Positions 38,501-50,924 of a DNA stretch of 64,000 nucleotides are shown one piece after another. Position numbers and translations under genes: made by a program. The first letter of the stretch is position 1; each line of letters begins with the position of its first letter. The DNA comes from Squalus acanthias (taxonomy: Eukaryota): NCBI GenBank assembly GCA_030390025.1, contig CM059431.1, positions 147,622,001 through 147,686,000 on the forward strand, given 5' to 3'. The notes under the pieces are model-generated. The model had not been told where the DNA came from and searched no databases. It was given only the letters and a program-made list of their open reading frames with translations.

Positions 38501-39910
38501 TTTGTTTAAAGCCCTAACTACCTCACTAGTTATTCGATTCACTAGAACTCTGGTCCCAGCATGGTTCTTGTGTAGTCCGTCCCAACGGAACAGCTCTCTC
38601 TTTCACCAGTACTGGTGCCAGTGCCCCACGAATCGAACCCCACTTCTCACACACCAATCTTTGAGCTACGCATTCATCTCCCTGATCCTATTGACCCTAT
38701 GCCAATTTGCTCGTGGCTCACGTAATAATCCAGAGATTATTACCTTTGTGGTTCTGCTTTTTAATTTCGTCCCAGCTGCTCAAACTCTCTCAGCAGAACC
38801 TTTATCTTAGTCCTACCTATGTCGTTGGTACCTACGTGGAACACGACAACTGGTTCTCGCCCTCCCATTCCAAGTTCTTGTACAGCCCGGAGGAGATGTT
38901 ATTTACCCTGGCACCAGGTAGGCAACCTAGCCTTCGGGTCTCACGCTCCTGGCTGCAGAGAACAGTATCTATCCCCCTAACTATAGTGTCGCCTACAACA
39001 ACCACCTTCATTTTTACTTTCCCTACTTGAACGGCTTCCTGTACCACGGTGCAGTTGTCAGTTTGCTCGTTCTCCTCACAGTCCCCGCACTTGTCCACAA
39101 GGGTTACAAGAAGCTCGAATCTATTGGACAAGTGCAGGGGCTGAGGCTCCTGCAATACTACCTCCTGGATCCCCGTACTTGCCTCACTCACAGTCACACC
39201 CTCCTGTCCATGACCTCGTTTCAATTCTAAAGTATTTAGTCTAAGGGGTGTAGCCTACTCCTGGAGAAAAAGGTTCAGGTAACTTTCTCCCTCCCTGATG
39301 TCTCGCGATGTCTGCAGCTTGGACTCCAGCTCCTCAAGTCGGAGCCGAAGTTCCTCGAGCCGCAGATACTTACCGCAGGTGTAGTCACCCTGGACATAAG
39401 TGACCACAAGCTCCCACATATTGCAGCAGCAACACATATTTCCTGTTCTCCCATTATTTTATTGAGTTATTAATTTATTAGTTTAGTGGTAATCAAAGTA
39501 TTTGCCTCGTTTAGTTTATTAAATTAATTAAAGTTAATTTATTTTTTAAAAATTAGTTATATGCTATATGTTGACTTAAACGTTAGCCCCCAGTGACTAC
39601 CAATCACTTACCTGATTTACCTGTGACGTCGCACTGCAGTTTTCTCTTGTAGTTGCAGGTGTGCTGCTGCTTTTACCCCCGCTCTCGGGCCTAGGTCTGC
39701 TCCCGCTCAGGTCAGCCGCCGCTCTGCGGGAGAGGTTAGGAAAAGCAATGCAAAGCAGCACCTCATTCCCCCACTTCACCGAACTCCCACACTTACCAAA
39801 CTCCAAATGTGTTCACTTTGTGTCAAGTTGCACTCCGTGACAAACTGCACACCAACCTCCCTTGTTTATATTACTCAGATTTATGAGTCAGCTCTCTGGC
39901 AGTTCTTAAA
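35559..39910 (-). mobile_element. Near full-length degenerate CR1 LINE inserted into the minisatellite
   Basis: ORF1 39255-39437 (CCCCNMWE, TCGK) and 38832-39224 (VVVGDTIVRG, CLPGARV); endonuclease 37741-38289; RT pieces 35937-36973 with a deletion near 36385. Confidence 0.93.
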
Positions 39911-40355
39911 CTTACACTAGACGAAACCGTGCTTCCCCACTGCTAGTGATAACCTACACTTACATTACAGTTGCCCGTGCTCCGCCTGCACTATTTTTAT
40001 CCTACACCTACAGTAGAGATGACTGTGCTCCTCCGGTTCTCGTGATAGCCTATATTTACACCAGAGGTGAGCACACCCCTGTGGTACTAGAGTTTCGCTA
40101 AACATACAAAAGTGTGGAACATGCTCCTCCACCACTAGTGGTACTTCTACACTTTATCTTGGGGTGTCAGTGCTTCTCCGGTACTAGTGTTACCCTACAC
40201 TTACAGTATAGGTGAACGTGCTACTCCAGTAATATTGGTATCCTACACTTACAATAGAACTGACCGTGCTCCTCCAATATTAGTGGCAACCTATACTTAC
40301 ACTAGAGTTAACCATCCTCCTCTGGTACTAGTAGTTCCACTGCACTTACACTGTG
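39911..40355 (-). repeat. 48-bp minisatellite, about 9 degenerate units
   Basis: CTA(C/T)ACTTACA recurs at 40195, 40243 and 40291 (period 48). Confidence 0.8.
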
Positions 40356-40369
40356 GTTCAGAGGCTAGG

Positions 40370-40910
40370 CTCTGATTTTCATATTATAAAAAGGAAATTG
40401 AGTCACTGAAAGAGGTGAAGAAGATGTTTAAAGGTTTTGTACCAGAAATGAGAGATTATACATATCAGGAAAGATTGAACAATCCGTGGCTCTTTTCTCT
40501 AGAAAAGAGAGTGCTGACGGGTGACCTGATAGAAGTCTTTAAAATTATGAATGGGTTTGATAGGGTAACCGAAGAGAAGACATTCCCACTTGTGAGGAGA
40601 ATAAAACTAGTGACCATGAGTATAAGATAGAGACTAATAAATCCAACAGGGAGTCCAGGAGAAACTTATTCAACAAGAGAGTGGTTAGAATGTGGAATTC
40701 GCTACTACAAAGATTAGTTGTGGCGAGTGACATCGATACATTTAAGGGGAAGCTCGGTAAGTACATAAGAAAGAAAGGAATAGAAGGATATGCTGATAGG
40801 TTTACTTGAGTGAGGTGGGAGGAGTCTCGTGTGGAGCATAAACACCGACATGGACCAGTTGGACCGTATGGTCTGTCCCTGTGCTGTACATTCGATATAA
40901 ATCTATATAA
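40370..40910 (+). mobile_element. CR1-type LINE 3' fragment
   Basis: LFSLEKRVLTGDLIEVFKIMNGFD (40415-40630). Confidence 0.8.
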
Positions 40911-41339
40911 ACAATATCATAAACAATCTTTGGAACAGGCTCCCTAGAAAGACCGTGGAATCAGTTAGAAATAACTAACTCAAATGAAAATTAGAGAGAT
41001 TTATTTCAGAAAGTAGCGTTTTGGGAAACGGAATCTGAATAATTTGAGACATGACCTAAGTGTGAAAGCTTAGGATAAATTGATGACTTTGAACCGGTGG
41101 TGGACACAGCGCTGTGTCACTGGAGATTTACTCTTGTCTTTACTGGGTCTGTTGTAGACTACTTGGTAGAGATCGATTGCGATGATTAGTAAACAACTGT
41201 ATTAATGTAACATGCAACTACCAGGATGGTAGTAGGTGAACTAAATGAACTGTGGTCATTTTTCCTCCAGCAGTTACTATGTTTCTTTGTTCTTTGTCCC
41301 CTCGTATTCCTCATCTCTATGCTGGCCTTCAGCCACATA

Positions 41340-42410
41340 AGCACCAGTGAATGGAGTAGATTTGGATTTTCGAAAAGCATTCGATAAGTTGCCACATTAA
41401 AGGTTATTACACAAAATTTGGGGTAATGGGATTGGTGGTAAGAAATTAGCATGGGCATGAGGATTGGTTAACGGGCAGAAAACAGTGAGTAGTAATACAC
41501 AGGTAATTTCGAGTTAGCAGGCTGTAACTCGTGGGGTACCGCAAGCATCAGTGCTTGGGCCTCAGCTACTTACAATCTATATTAATGACTTTGATGAAGG
41601 GACCGAGTGGAATGTATCCAAGTTTGTTGACGAAACAAAGCTTGGTGGAAAAATAAGTTGTGAGGAGGACACAAAGAGGCTGCAAAGGTATATAGACAGT
41701 TTTAATGACTGAGCAAGAATATGGCAGATGGAATCTAACGTGGTGAAATGCAAAGTTATCCACTTAGGTAGGAAACATAGAAAAGCAGAATATTTTTCAA
41801 TGGTGAGAGGTTGGGAAACATTGGTGCTCAGAGGGACACGGGTGCCTTGTACAGGAATCATAGAAAGTTAACATGCAGGTAAATAAATAAATTAGGAAAT
41901 CAAATGTTATGTTTGCCTTTATTACAAAATAATTAGAGGATAAGAGTAAAGATGTCTTACTGCAATAATATAGGGCCTTGGTGAGACCACACCTGGAGTA
42001 CTGAGTACAGTTTTGGTCTCCTTACGTAAGGGAGGATGCATTTGCCTCAGATGGAGTGTCACGGGGGCTCACTAGACTGGTTCCTGGTATAGGGGTATTG
42101 TCCTATGACAGAGATTGAGTAGACTAGGCCAAAATACCTAGAGTTTAGAAGAATGAGAAGTTTTCACAGAAACGTTGCAAATTCTTTCGGGTCTTGACAG
42201 GATAGATGTTGGGAGGATGTTCCCCTGGCTGTGGAGTCTGGAACTAGGGATCGCAGTCTCACAATAAGAGGTCGGCGATTTATGACTGAGATGAGGAGAT
42301 ATGTTTTCACTGAAACGGTTGTGAATCTTTGCAAGTCTCTACCCCAGAGGGCTGTCGATGCTCAGTCGTTGATTATATTCAAGACAGAGATCGATAGATT
42401 TTTGAATACT
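41340..42410 (+). mobile_element. Degenerate CR1 RT fragment lacking tail
   Basis: Degenerate DFxKAFDK, GVPQxSVLGP, RPHLEY segments; FKTEIDRFL at the end. Confidence 0.88.
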
Positions 42411-42699
42411 TTTAGAAAGGCGAGGAGATCCACTGAGAATCCCATCAGTAAATGATTTGTTCAAGGTGAGAGTCTAACAAGCTATTGGGTGCCGCTAAAA
42501 TTCTGGTAAAAAGCTAGGTATTTTTGAGTTAATTTGACTGGTGATTTACTGGTGTATAAAGCTCGCCCATACCTCACCTGCGTGTGTGTGATGTTTATAT
42601 GTGCAGATATTTCGGTCTTGTATTCATGCCATGCTGTCCGTGAGATGCTGTGCTTCACTCTGCGTGATGAACGAATATGCAGTGAGATTTACATTGTAT

Positions 42700-42992
42700 C
42701 TAAACCCCTATCTACCTGACCTGAGTGTATTTGATTGAACAGCTTCGAGGTTCCTTTACTATGTATCTGCCCGTGCTGTTCCTCACCTGAGTGCTTTTCT
42801 GAGACAATGTCGAGGGAGAATCATTCTATGTATAGCCCGTGCTGAAATTGCCCTGAGAGTGTATGATGGGATTTTTAGAGTGAACTTTATTCTGCGTCTT
42901 ACCCAGAATGTACCTAACCTGGGTATGTTTGATGGGAATGTACTGACTGAACTTTATTCTGTACCTAACTCGAGTTATACCTGACCTGGGAG
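42700..42992 (+). repeat. 67-bp minisatellite block
   Basis: Degenerate units of GGGAGCTTTACTCTGTATCTAACCCGTGCTGTACCTGCCCTGGGAGTGTTTGATGGGACAGTGTAGA. Confidence 0.75.
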
Positions 42993-43009
42993 CAACTACT
43001 ATGCAGCAC

Positions 43010-44242
43010 GACTTTTTTGATGAAGTGACAGGGAGGATTGATGAAGGGAATGCAATGGATGTTGTCTACATGGATTTTGAGAAGGCTTTTGACACCACAT
43101 AGAAGGCTGGTTAATAAAATGTAGGCTCATGGAATAGATGGGTCAGTGGCAGTTGGATAATGAATTGACTTAAGGACAGCAAACAGCGAGTTCTGGTAAA
43201 TGGCTATTGTTCAGACTGGTGGATGTTAGACATTGATGTTCCCCAAGGGTCAGTGCTGGGGCCAATGTTTGTTTGATATATATATATATATATATAGATA
43301 TATGACCTGGATATTGGAATACAGAGTAGAATTTCAAAATTTGCCAATTAAACCAAACTTGGGGGTGTGGCAAAAAGTGAGGATGATACCAATCGACTGC
43401 AACAGGACATAGAAAGGCTAGCAGAATGGGAAGACAAGTGAGGTGATGCATTTTGTCAGAAGGAACAGGGAGAGTCAATATACACTTAATGACACGGTTT
43501 CAAAGAGTGTGCACGTACAGAGGGACCTGAGAGTTAATGTGCATATGTCCCTAAAGGTGGCGGGACATATTGAGAGAGGGGTTAGCAAAGCATATGGGAT
43601 CTTGGGCTTCATAATTAGAGGTATTGAGTACAAAATTAGAAAAGTTATGTTGAACCTTTATAAAGTGCTGGTTAGGCCACAACTGTAGTATTGCGTCCAG
43701 TTCTGGTCACCACACATTAGGAAGGGTGTGAATTTACTTGAGAGGGTGCAGAGGAGATTTACAAGAATGGTTCCGAGGATGGAGGATCTTAGCTACAAGG
43801 ACAACTTGGAGAAGCTGGATTTGTTTTCATTAGAGCAAAGGAGGTTGAGGGGTGATTTGATAGAGGTGTACAAGATTATGATAGAGTTGTAAAAGATTCT
43901 GACGGGTTTGGATAGGCTAGACGGGGAAAGGCTCTTCCCACTAATTGATGGTACAAGGACTAGGGAACACAGATTTAGGTTCAGGGCAACAGATGCAGGG
44001 GTGATGTGAGGAAAAAAGTGTTTACACAGCGGATGGTGAGGATTGGAACTCGCTGCCGATGGAAGTGGTGGAAGCGGAGACTCTCAATGTTTTGAAGGGG
44101 AGACAGGATAGGCATTTGAGGGAAATGAACTTGCAGGGCTACGGGGATAGAGCGGGGGAATGGGACTGACTGGATTGCTCTACAGAGAGCCGACACGGAC
44201 TCGATGGGCCGAATGGCCTCCTTCGGTGCCGTTATGACTCTA
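43010..44242 (+). mobile_element. 5'-truncated CR1 LINE with tail; short (TA)n at 43277-43302
   Basis: LNLYKVLVRPQL (43443-43688); tail CGATGGGCCGAATGGCCTCCTTC. Confidence 0.9.
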
Positions 44243-44339
44243 TACGTGAGATGGTGTGCTACATTGGTCGTGTCAGGTAAGCTGTACATTGCTTTGGCCA
44301 CAAGCTGCACCTGAGTTGTCTGTACTTGCAAACGACTAT

Positions 44340-44945
44340 ACAGTGAGATTTATACTGTAACTAAGCCCGTCTACTTGCAATTCGACTTTTTAACGGGACA
44401 GTGTAGAGGGCGCTATTCTCCGTAACTAGCCCAAGCTGTATTGCCGGAGTGGTGTTGATGGGACAGTGACCAGGGAGCTTTACTTTTATCTAATCCGTAC
44501 TGTACCTTTCATGTGAGAGTTTTTTCGAACAGCGTCGAGGGAGATTTATTCTGTATCTGACTCGGGCTTTTCCTGACCTGGAGTGTTTTATGGGAATTTC
44601 TAAAAGGACCTTTACTCGGTATTTAATACATACTGTACTAAACCTGGATGTGTTTGATGGGACAGTTTAGACAGAGATTTGCTCTGTATCTAACCAGTGT
44701 TGTAGCTGACCTGGACGGGTGTGGGGCATGCAGAGGGAGCTTTACTCAGTATTACCCCGTGCTGGACCTGACGTGGGAGTGTTGGATGGGATATTTTAAA
44801 CTGTGCTCTACAGTGTATCTAACCCATGCTGTACATAATTTGGGAGTGTTTGATGGGACAGTGTAGATGTAGTTTTACTCTGCATGTATCTCGTGCCGTA
44901 CCTGAACTGCGAGTGTTTGATGGGACAGTGTAGACGGAGCTTTAT
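44340..44945 (+). repeat. 67-bp minisatellite block
   Basis: About 9 degenerate units. Confidence 0.85.
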
Positions 44946-45394
44946 CTATTATTGCCCATGATTTCGCCTCCAATTATTAGTCCAGTGGCCTAACACATTC
45001 ATAGCCCTGATGATCCCTACAATGTGCCTCAGACGCCTCTTCCTGTTACATGGAATAGACTGGTTTCAGTACACAGAGGTGCTTGTTATATCCTCATCCA
45101 AGCACCAATACTTCAGACTGCCTTTCAATGCCAAGACAGGAGCGAGACAAACTGTCTGATATTATGCGAGGGAGACTTTGTGGTGTATAATTCAAAAGAC
45201 GAACACACGGGACAGTGAATAGTATGTATTCATATTTGGAGGATGGGAGGAGAATACGTAAAGGGTAATCATACGCGTTTGTGCTGCCTGCCTGGGGTTT
45301 CAGTACATGGGAACGGGGTCAGAGACAGGACTGAATGTACAACAGGTGTCCATCCCCAGTGAGACTGTGCACCAGGAGTAGAGCCTGGTCATGT

Positions 45395-45605
45395 GACCCT
45401 GTGACACCTCGACGGGGCGGAGCTTCGGCTGCTTTGTGACATTGTTATTGGCTGCTGTGTGATTGGCTCCTGGCTCCTTTGCGATGTCACCTGGAGACAG
45501 GTTTCCGCCCCTGGTTACGCTCCATCAGTAGAGAGTTACTGCGGGCGACGCTGGTGTTGCCAGCAGATATTGTTACTGAGTTCAGTCCCTATAAATAGGG
45601 GCAAG
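45395..45605 (+). promoter_or_regulatory. Repeated promoter-like module, copy 1
   Basis: GGGGCGGAG, two ATTGG, TTTCCGCCCC, CATCAGT, CTATAAATAGGGG; repeated at 47305-47515 and 53725-53935. Confidence 0.5.
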
Positions 45606-45854
45606 GAAATAAAATAACAAGTTAAATATAAAGTGAGTAATTCAAACAAATGTAATTACATTTAAATATATTCAAATTAAATATATTGATAGTAACAAAA
45701 TTAGTCCCATTGTTTTCGAGCAACAGATTCGAGAATTAAAGGAAACATTTTTTGTTTAATTTTTTTTTTTGCAGTGAGTTTTGTCTCAGAAAGGTGAAGG
45801 GTGCAAAATGGAATCAGCCCCACTCGAACTAGGTGTAGATACAAGGTTGATAGT

Positions 45855-46533
45855 TGTAGTGAGATTTACATTGTATCTAAGCCCTGTCTTCTTGCCCTGG
45901 GAGCTTTTGATGGGACAGTGTTGAGGGCGCTTTACTCTGTATCTGACCTGTGCTGTTGCTTCTTGGTGTGTTTTAAGAAGAGTGTAAAGGGAGCTTTACT
46001 CTGTTTCTAACCCATATTGTACCTGCCCTGGTAATGTATTATGGAACAGTCTAGAGGGAGCTTTATTCTGTATCTGACCTGTGCTGTTCCTGACCTCTGA
46101 GTGTTTTAAGGTACAGTGCAAAGGAAGCTTTACTCTGTATCTAGCCCGTGTTGTACTTGCCCTGGGAGTGTAAGCTGGGAATTCGTAGAGGAAGCTTTAG
46201 TATTCATTTAAACTCTGCAGTGTCTAACCTGGGTGTGTTTAATGTAACAGTGCAGACAGAGCTTTACTCTATCGCTAATCCGTTCTGTACATGATCTGGG
46301 AATGTTTGATGGGACAGCCTAGCGGGAGCTTTACTCAGTATCTACTCAGTGCTGGACCAGACATCGAATTGTTTGATGTGGCTGTTTAGAATGTGCTTTG
46401 CACTGTAGATAACCCGTGCTGTACCTGACCTGCGAATGTTTGATGGGACGGTGTAGAGTTAGTTTTACTCTGCATGTATCTTGTGCAGTACCTGAACTGC
46501 GAGTGTTTGATAGGACCGTGTAGATGGAGCTTT
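45855..46533 (+). repeat. 67-bp minisatellite block
   Basis: About 10 degenerate units; last two units match those at 44810-44945. Confidence 0.85.
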
Positions 46534-46541
46534 AACTATTA

Positions 46542-46985
46542 TTGCCCATGATTTCCCCTCCAATTATTGCTCACATGGCCCCACCCATTGATAGCCCTGA
46601 TGATCCCTACAATGTGCCTCTGACGCCCCTTCATGTTACAGGTAATAGACTGGTTTTAGAACACAGAAGAGTTAGTTATATCTTCATCCAAGTACCATTA
46701 CCTCAAATTGTCTTTCACTGGCGAGGCAGGAGGGAGTCGCACTGCTTGATATTATGTGAGGGAGTCTTTGCAGTGTATAATCGAAAGGTGGACATTTGGG
46801 CCAAAGAAGAGTGGGAGCTCATATTTGGAGGATTGGAAGGAGAATTCATAAAGGGCAATTTGGGTGGTTTTGCTCCCTGCCTTGGGTCACAGTACATGGG
46901 AATGGGATGGGAGATAGGAGTGAATGTACAACATGTGTTCATGCCCATTGACACTGCACACCAGGAGAAGAGCATGGTCATGTGA
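46542..46985 (+). other. Open reading frame in a locally repeated segment; candidate exon of an unknown family
   Basis: 147 codons open; disrupted homologous copies at 44952-45396, 47052-47307 and 53660-53729. Confidence 0.3.
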
Positions 46986-47304
46986 CCCTTTTAATTATCG
47001 ACGGGGCGGTGCTCCGGCTGCTTTGTGACATTGTTCCTGGTTGCTGCCAAGGTAGGAGGGAACGCACTGCTTGATATTTTGTGAGGGAGACTTGGGGTGT
47101 ATGAATCAAAAGGTGAATCTTTGGGCTTTGGACTATTGGGGACTCTTACTGAGGATGGGAGGATAATGCATAAGGTGAAATTTTGTTAGTCTGTGCTCCC
47201 TGCCTGGATGCTCGTACATGTAAACGGAATCAGAGACAGGACTGAATGAACAACATGTGTTCATCCCCAGTGACACTGCACATCAGGAGCAGACCATGGA
47301 CATG

Positions 47305-47515
47305 TAACCCTGTGACGCCTCGACTGGGCGGAGCTCCGGCTGCTTTGTGACATTTTTAGTGGATGATGTATGATTGGCTCCTTGCTGCTTTGTTTTGTCA
47401 TCTGGAGACAGGTTTATGCCCCTGGTTGCGCTCCATCAGTGGTCAGTTACAGTGGGTGGAGCTCGAGTTGTCAGCAGATATTGTGAGTGAGAATGGCTCC
47501 TATAAATAGGGGTAA
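47305..47515 (+). promoter_or_regulatory. Repeated promoter-like module, copy 2
   Basis: GGGCGGAG, ATTGG, CATCAGT, donor-like ATT/GTGAGT, CTATAAATAGGGG. Confidence 0.45.
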
Positions 47516-47584
47516 GGAAATATAAGAACAATTTAATATTAATGTTAGTAATTCAACCAAATATAATTAATTGTAATTGTTTTA

Positions 47585-49652
47585 TTATTCATTCATGGGA
47601 TGTGAGCGTCACTGGCAGGACCAGGATTTATTGTCCATTCATAATCGCCCTTGAGAAGGTGGTGGTGGGCCGTCTTCTTGGACCACTGCAGGCCGTGTGG
47701 TGAAGGTGCTCTCACAGTGCTTTTATGTAGGGAGTGCCAGGATTTTCACCCAGCGACGATTAAGGATTGGCGATATACTTCTAAGTCAGGATGGTGTTTA
47801 ACTTGGAGGGAAACTTGGAGGTGGTGGTGTTCCCATGCACCTGCTGCCCTTGTCCTTCTAGGTGGAAGAGGTCGCGGGTTTGGGAGGTGCTGCCGAAGTA
47901 GTCTTGGCGAGTTGCTGCAGTGCATCTTGTAGATGGTACAAACTGCAGCCACAGTACGCCGGTGGTGGAGGTAGTTAATGTTTAAGGTGGTGGATGGGGT
48001 GCCAATCAAGCGGGCTGCTTTGTCCTTGATGTTCTCGAGCTTATTGAGTGTTGCTGGAGTTGCACTCATCCAGGCAAGTGGAGAGTATTCCATCACACTC
48101 CCGTCCATGTTTGGCCAAAGGATATAATGAGGTATGGATCCGAGTGGTCCTGGCGGAACCCAAACTGAACATCGGTGAGCGGGTAATTGTTGAGCAAGTG
48201 CCGCTTGATAGTATTGTCGACGAAACCTTCCATCACTTTGCTGATGATTGAGAATAGACTGCTGGGGCGGTATTTGGACGGATTGAATTTGTCCTGCTTT
48301 TTGTGGACATGACATACCTGGGCAGTTTTCCAAATTTTCGGGTAGAGCCAGTGTTGTAGCTGTCCTGCAACAGCCTGGCTAGAGGCGCGGCTAGTCCTGG
48401 TGCACACGTTCTCAGCACGACAGCCAGGATGTTGTCTGGGCTCATAGCCTTTGCTGTATCCAGTGCGCTCAGCTGTTTCTTGGTATCACGTGGAGTGATT
48501 CGAATTGGCTGAAGACTGGCTTCTGTGATGGTGGGGACCTCAGGATGAGGCCGATATGGATCATCCACTCGGCACTTCTGGCTGAAGATTGTTGCAAGTG
48601 CTTCAGCCTTGTCTTTTGCACTCGCATGCTGGGCTCCGCCATCAATGAGGATGCGGATATTCATGGAGCTTCCTCCTCCCGTTAGTTGTTTAATTGCCCA
48701 CCACCATTCACGACTGAATGTGGCAGGAATGCAGAGCTTTGATCTGAGCACTTGATTGTGGGTCCTGTGTTGCAGCTTCCCCAGGTTGGCACCTCATTTT
48801 TAGGTACGCCTGGTGCTGCTCCTCGTATGCTCTTCTGCACACCATATTGAACCAGGGTTGGTCCCCTGGCTTGATGTTAATTGTAGAATTAGGGATATGC
48901 CGGGCCATGAGGTTACAGATTGTGGTGGAATACAATTCTGCTGCTGCTGATGTCCCACAACGTCTCATGGATGCCCAGTTTTGAGCAGCTGGATCTGTTC
49001 TGAATCTATCCTATTTAGCACGTTGGTAGAGCCACACCACAGGATGGAGGGTGTCCTCAGTGTGAAGACCAGATTTCGTCTCCACAAGGAATGTGGTCTA
49101 TGCTGTTATGGAAAGATGCATCTGCGACAGATAGGTTGGTGAGGACGAGGTCAAGTAGATATATCCTTCGTGTTAGTTATCTCACCAACTATTGCATCCA
49201 TAGTCAGGCAGCTACATCCTCCAGGACTCGGTCAGCTCGCTCAGTAATGGTGCGACCGAGCGACTCTTGGTGATGTACATTCAAATTCCTCACATTCTGT
49301 GCCCTTGCAACCCTCAGTGCTTCTTCGAAGTGGTGTTCAACATGGTGGAGTACTGATTCATCAGCTGTGATAGGGCGGTAGGTGCTAATCAGCAGAAAAT
49401 GTCCTTGCCCATGCTTAACCAGAAGCCATGAGACTTCATGGGGTCCGGAGTCAATGTTGAGGTCTCCCAGGGCAACGCCTTCACGACTGTATACCACCTC
49501 TGGAGGGTCTGTTCTACCGGTGGGACAGGACATACCCAGGTGATAGTAAGGGAGGAATCTTGGACATTGGCTGAAAGGCACGACTCTGCCAGTATCACTA
49601 TGTCAGGCTGTTGCTTGACTAATCTCTGGGATAGCTCTCCCAATTCTGGCAC
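47585..49652 (-). mobile_element. Second non-LTR family (CR1-Zenon/L2-group-like), RT core deleted
   Basis: Endonuclease LGELSQRLVKQQPDIVILAES; KAMSPDNI, YRPSSL, QFGFRQ; C-terminal LHHRRTVAAVCTIYKMHC; (ATGA)n tail; clade label tentative. Confidence 0.85.
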
Positions 49653-50019
49653 CCATCAGTACAGGATTTCTTCAAGGTTATGGTGTAGCAAGCAATTAGG
49701 TGCCGTTTAATTACTGGTAAAAGGCTCAGCATTTGATGTGACAATTTGACTGCGGAATCACTGGTATTTAAAGCTAGCCCATACATCACCAGTGCATGCG
49801 TGATGCTTACAGGACGATTTTCCGGAAAATGTATTAATACCACGCTGTACGTGAGATGGCGTGCTTCATTGGGTAGTGTCAGAGGAACTGTACGCTGCAT
49901 TAACTACATGCTGTATGTGATAAAACAGGAAGATTCAGCAATGATTATAAAGACGAGGAGCTCCACTGAGAATCCCATCAGTACAGGATTCTTTCCAGGT
50001 GAGAGTCTAACAAGCTATT

Positions 50020-50762
50020 GGCCCAAAAATTAGACCTAATACGCGAGAGTACGCACTGTGTACTCTCGCGTTTTAGGTCTCCAATTGCCAGTTTCCTGCA
50101 TGCACTGTGCATGCGCGGGAAACCGGCACTTCGTGAATTCAAAAGGGGGCGGTTCCTAAGTGAACCGCGTGCGCGCTACAGGCTGCGCGCACGCAGTGCA
50201 CTTAGTGCTTTGAACGCGCAGGTAAGCATGGAAGATTTTACACATAAAGAAAGGAGGCGTAAGACCCTCTTTTAACAAGGTAAGTAGTTAATTAAGTATT
50301 ATTTCAATTTTTTTTCAACAGGTTTATCTTTTTTAGAGACTTTAAAGAAAGATAAGTTTATTTTTATAACTTTTTAAAAGATTTAAAATTTTTCAAAAAT
50401 TTAATTTTTTGTTTAAAGTGGTTAATTTATTTAACTATACTTATTTTATTAATGTTATGGCTTTTTAAAAAATATAATTGAGGTTTAGCTGTTCTTTTGT
50501 GGGTGTGTAGGATTCATAGCTTTGACAGCCCTTGCTGTTAAAACTATGAATGAAAGATGGTGTGCTGCCATTGGCTCTAACTGAATCACGTGATCCCAGA
50601 GCTCGCACGAACTAATTGCGTCTCTGGGTCACGCAAGCACTGCACAGCTGCAGCCTTGAAACTAAAGTTCGTGTGGGCCCGGAGGAAAAAGGTAGGTGCG
50701 GAGTGAGATATCGCGGGGAAGCCTTACCCCCGCGTGAACATTCAGTGTTTAATTTCTGGGCC
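50020..50762. mobile_element. 743-bp MITE-like element with terminal inverted repeats and 3-bp target duplication
   Basis: GGCCCAAAAATT...AATTTCTGGGCC termini, ATT on both sides (50017-50019, 50763-50765), several internal hairpins. Confidence 0.75.
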
Positions 50763-50924
50763 ATTGTGTGCCGTGGGCGGAGCCTGATTTGCAGCAGGAA
50801 TTGTGAGTGAGGGGCAAGGAAAGAAAACAAAAAAATAATATTAAAGTAAGTAATTCAACCAAATGTAATTAAGTGCAACTTAGATATAAAAAATAAAATC
50901 AAAAACGGACCCATTTTATTCTGA

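Noticed and set aside
35510-39959. 49-bp direct repeat flanking the CR1 as a target-site duplication
   Set aside because: Equals one minisatellite unit; the two copies differ and are adjacent units once the CR1 is removed
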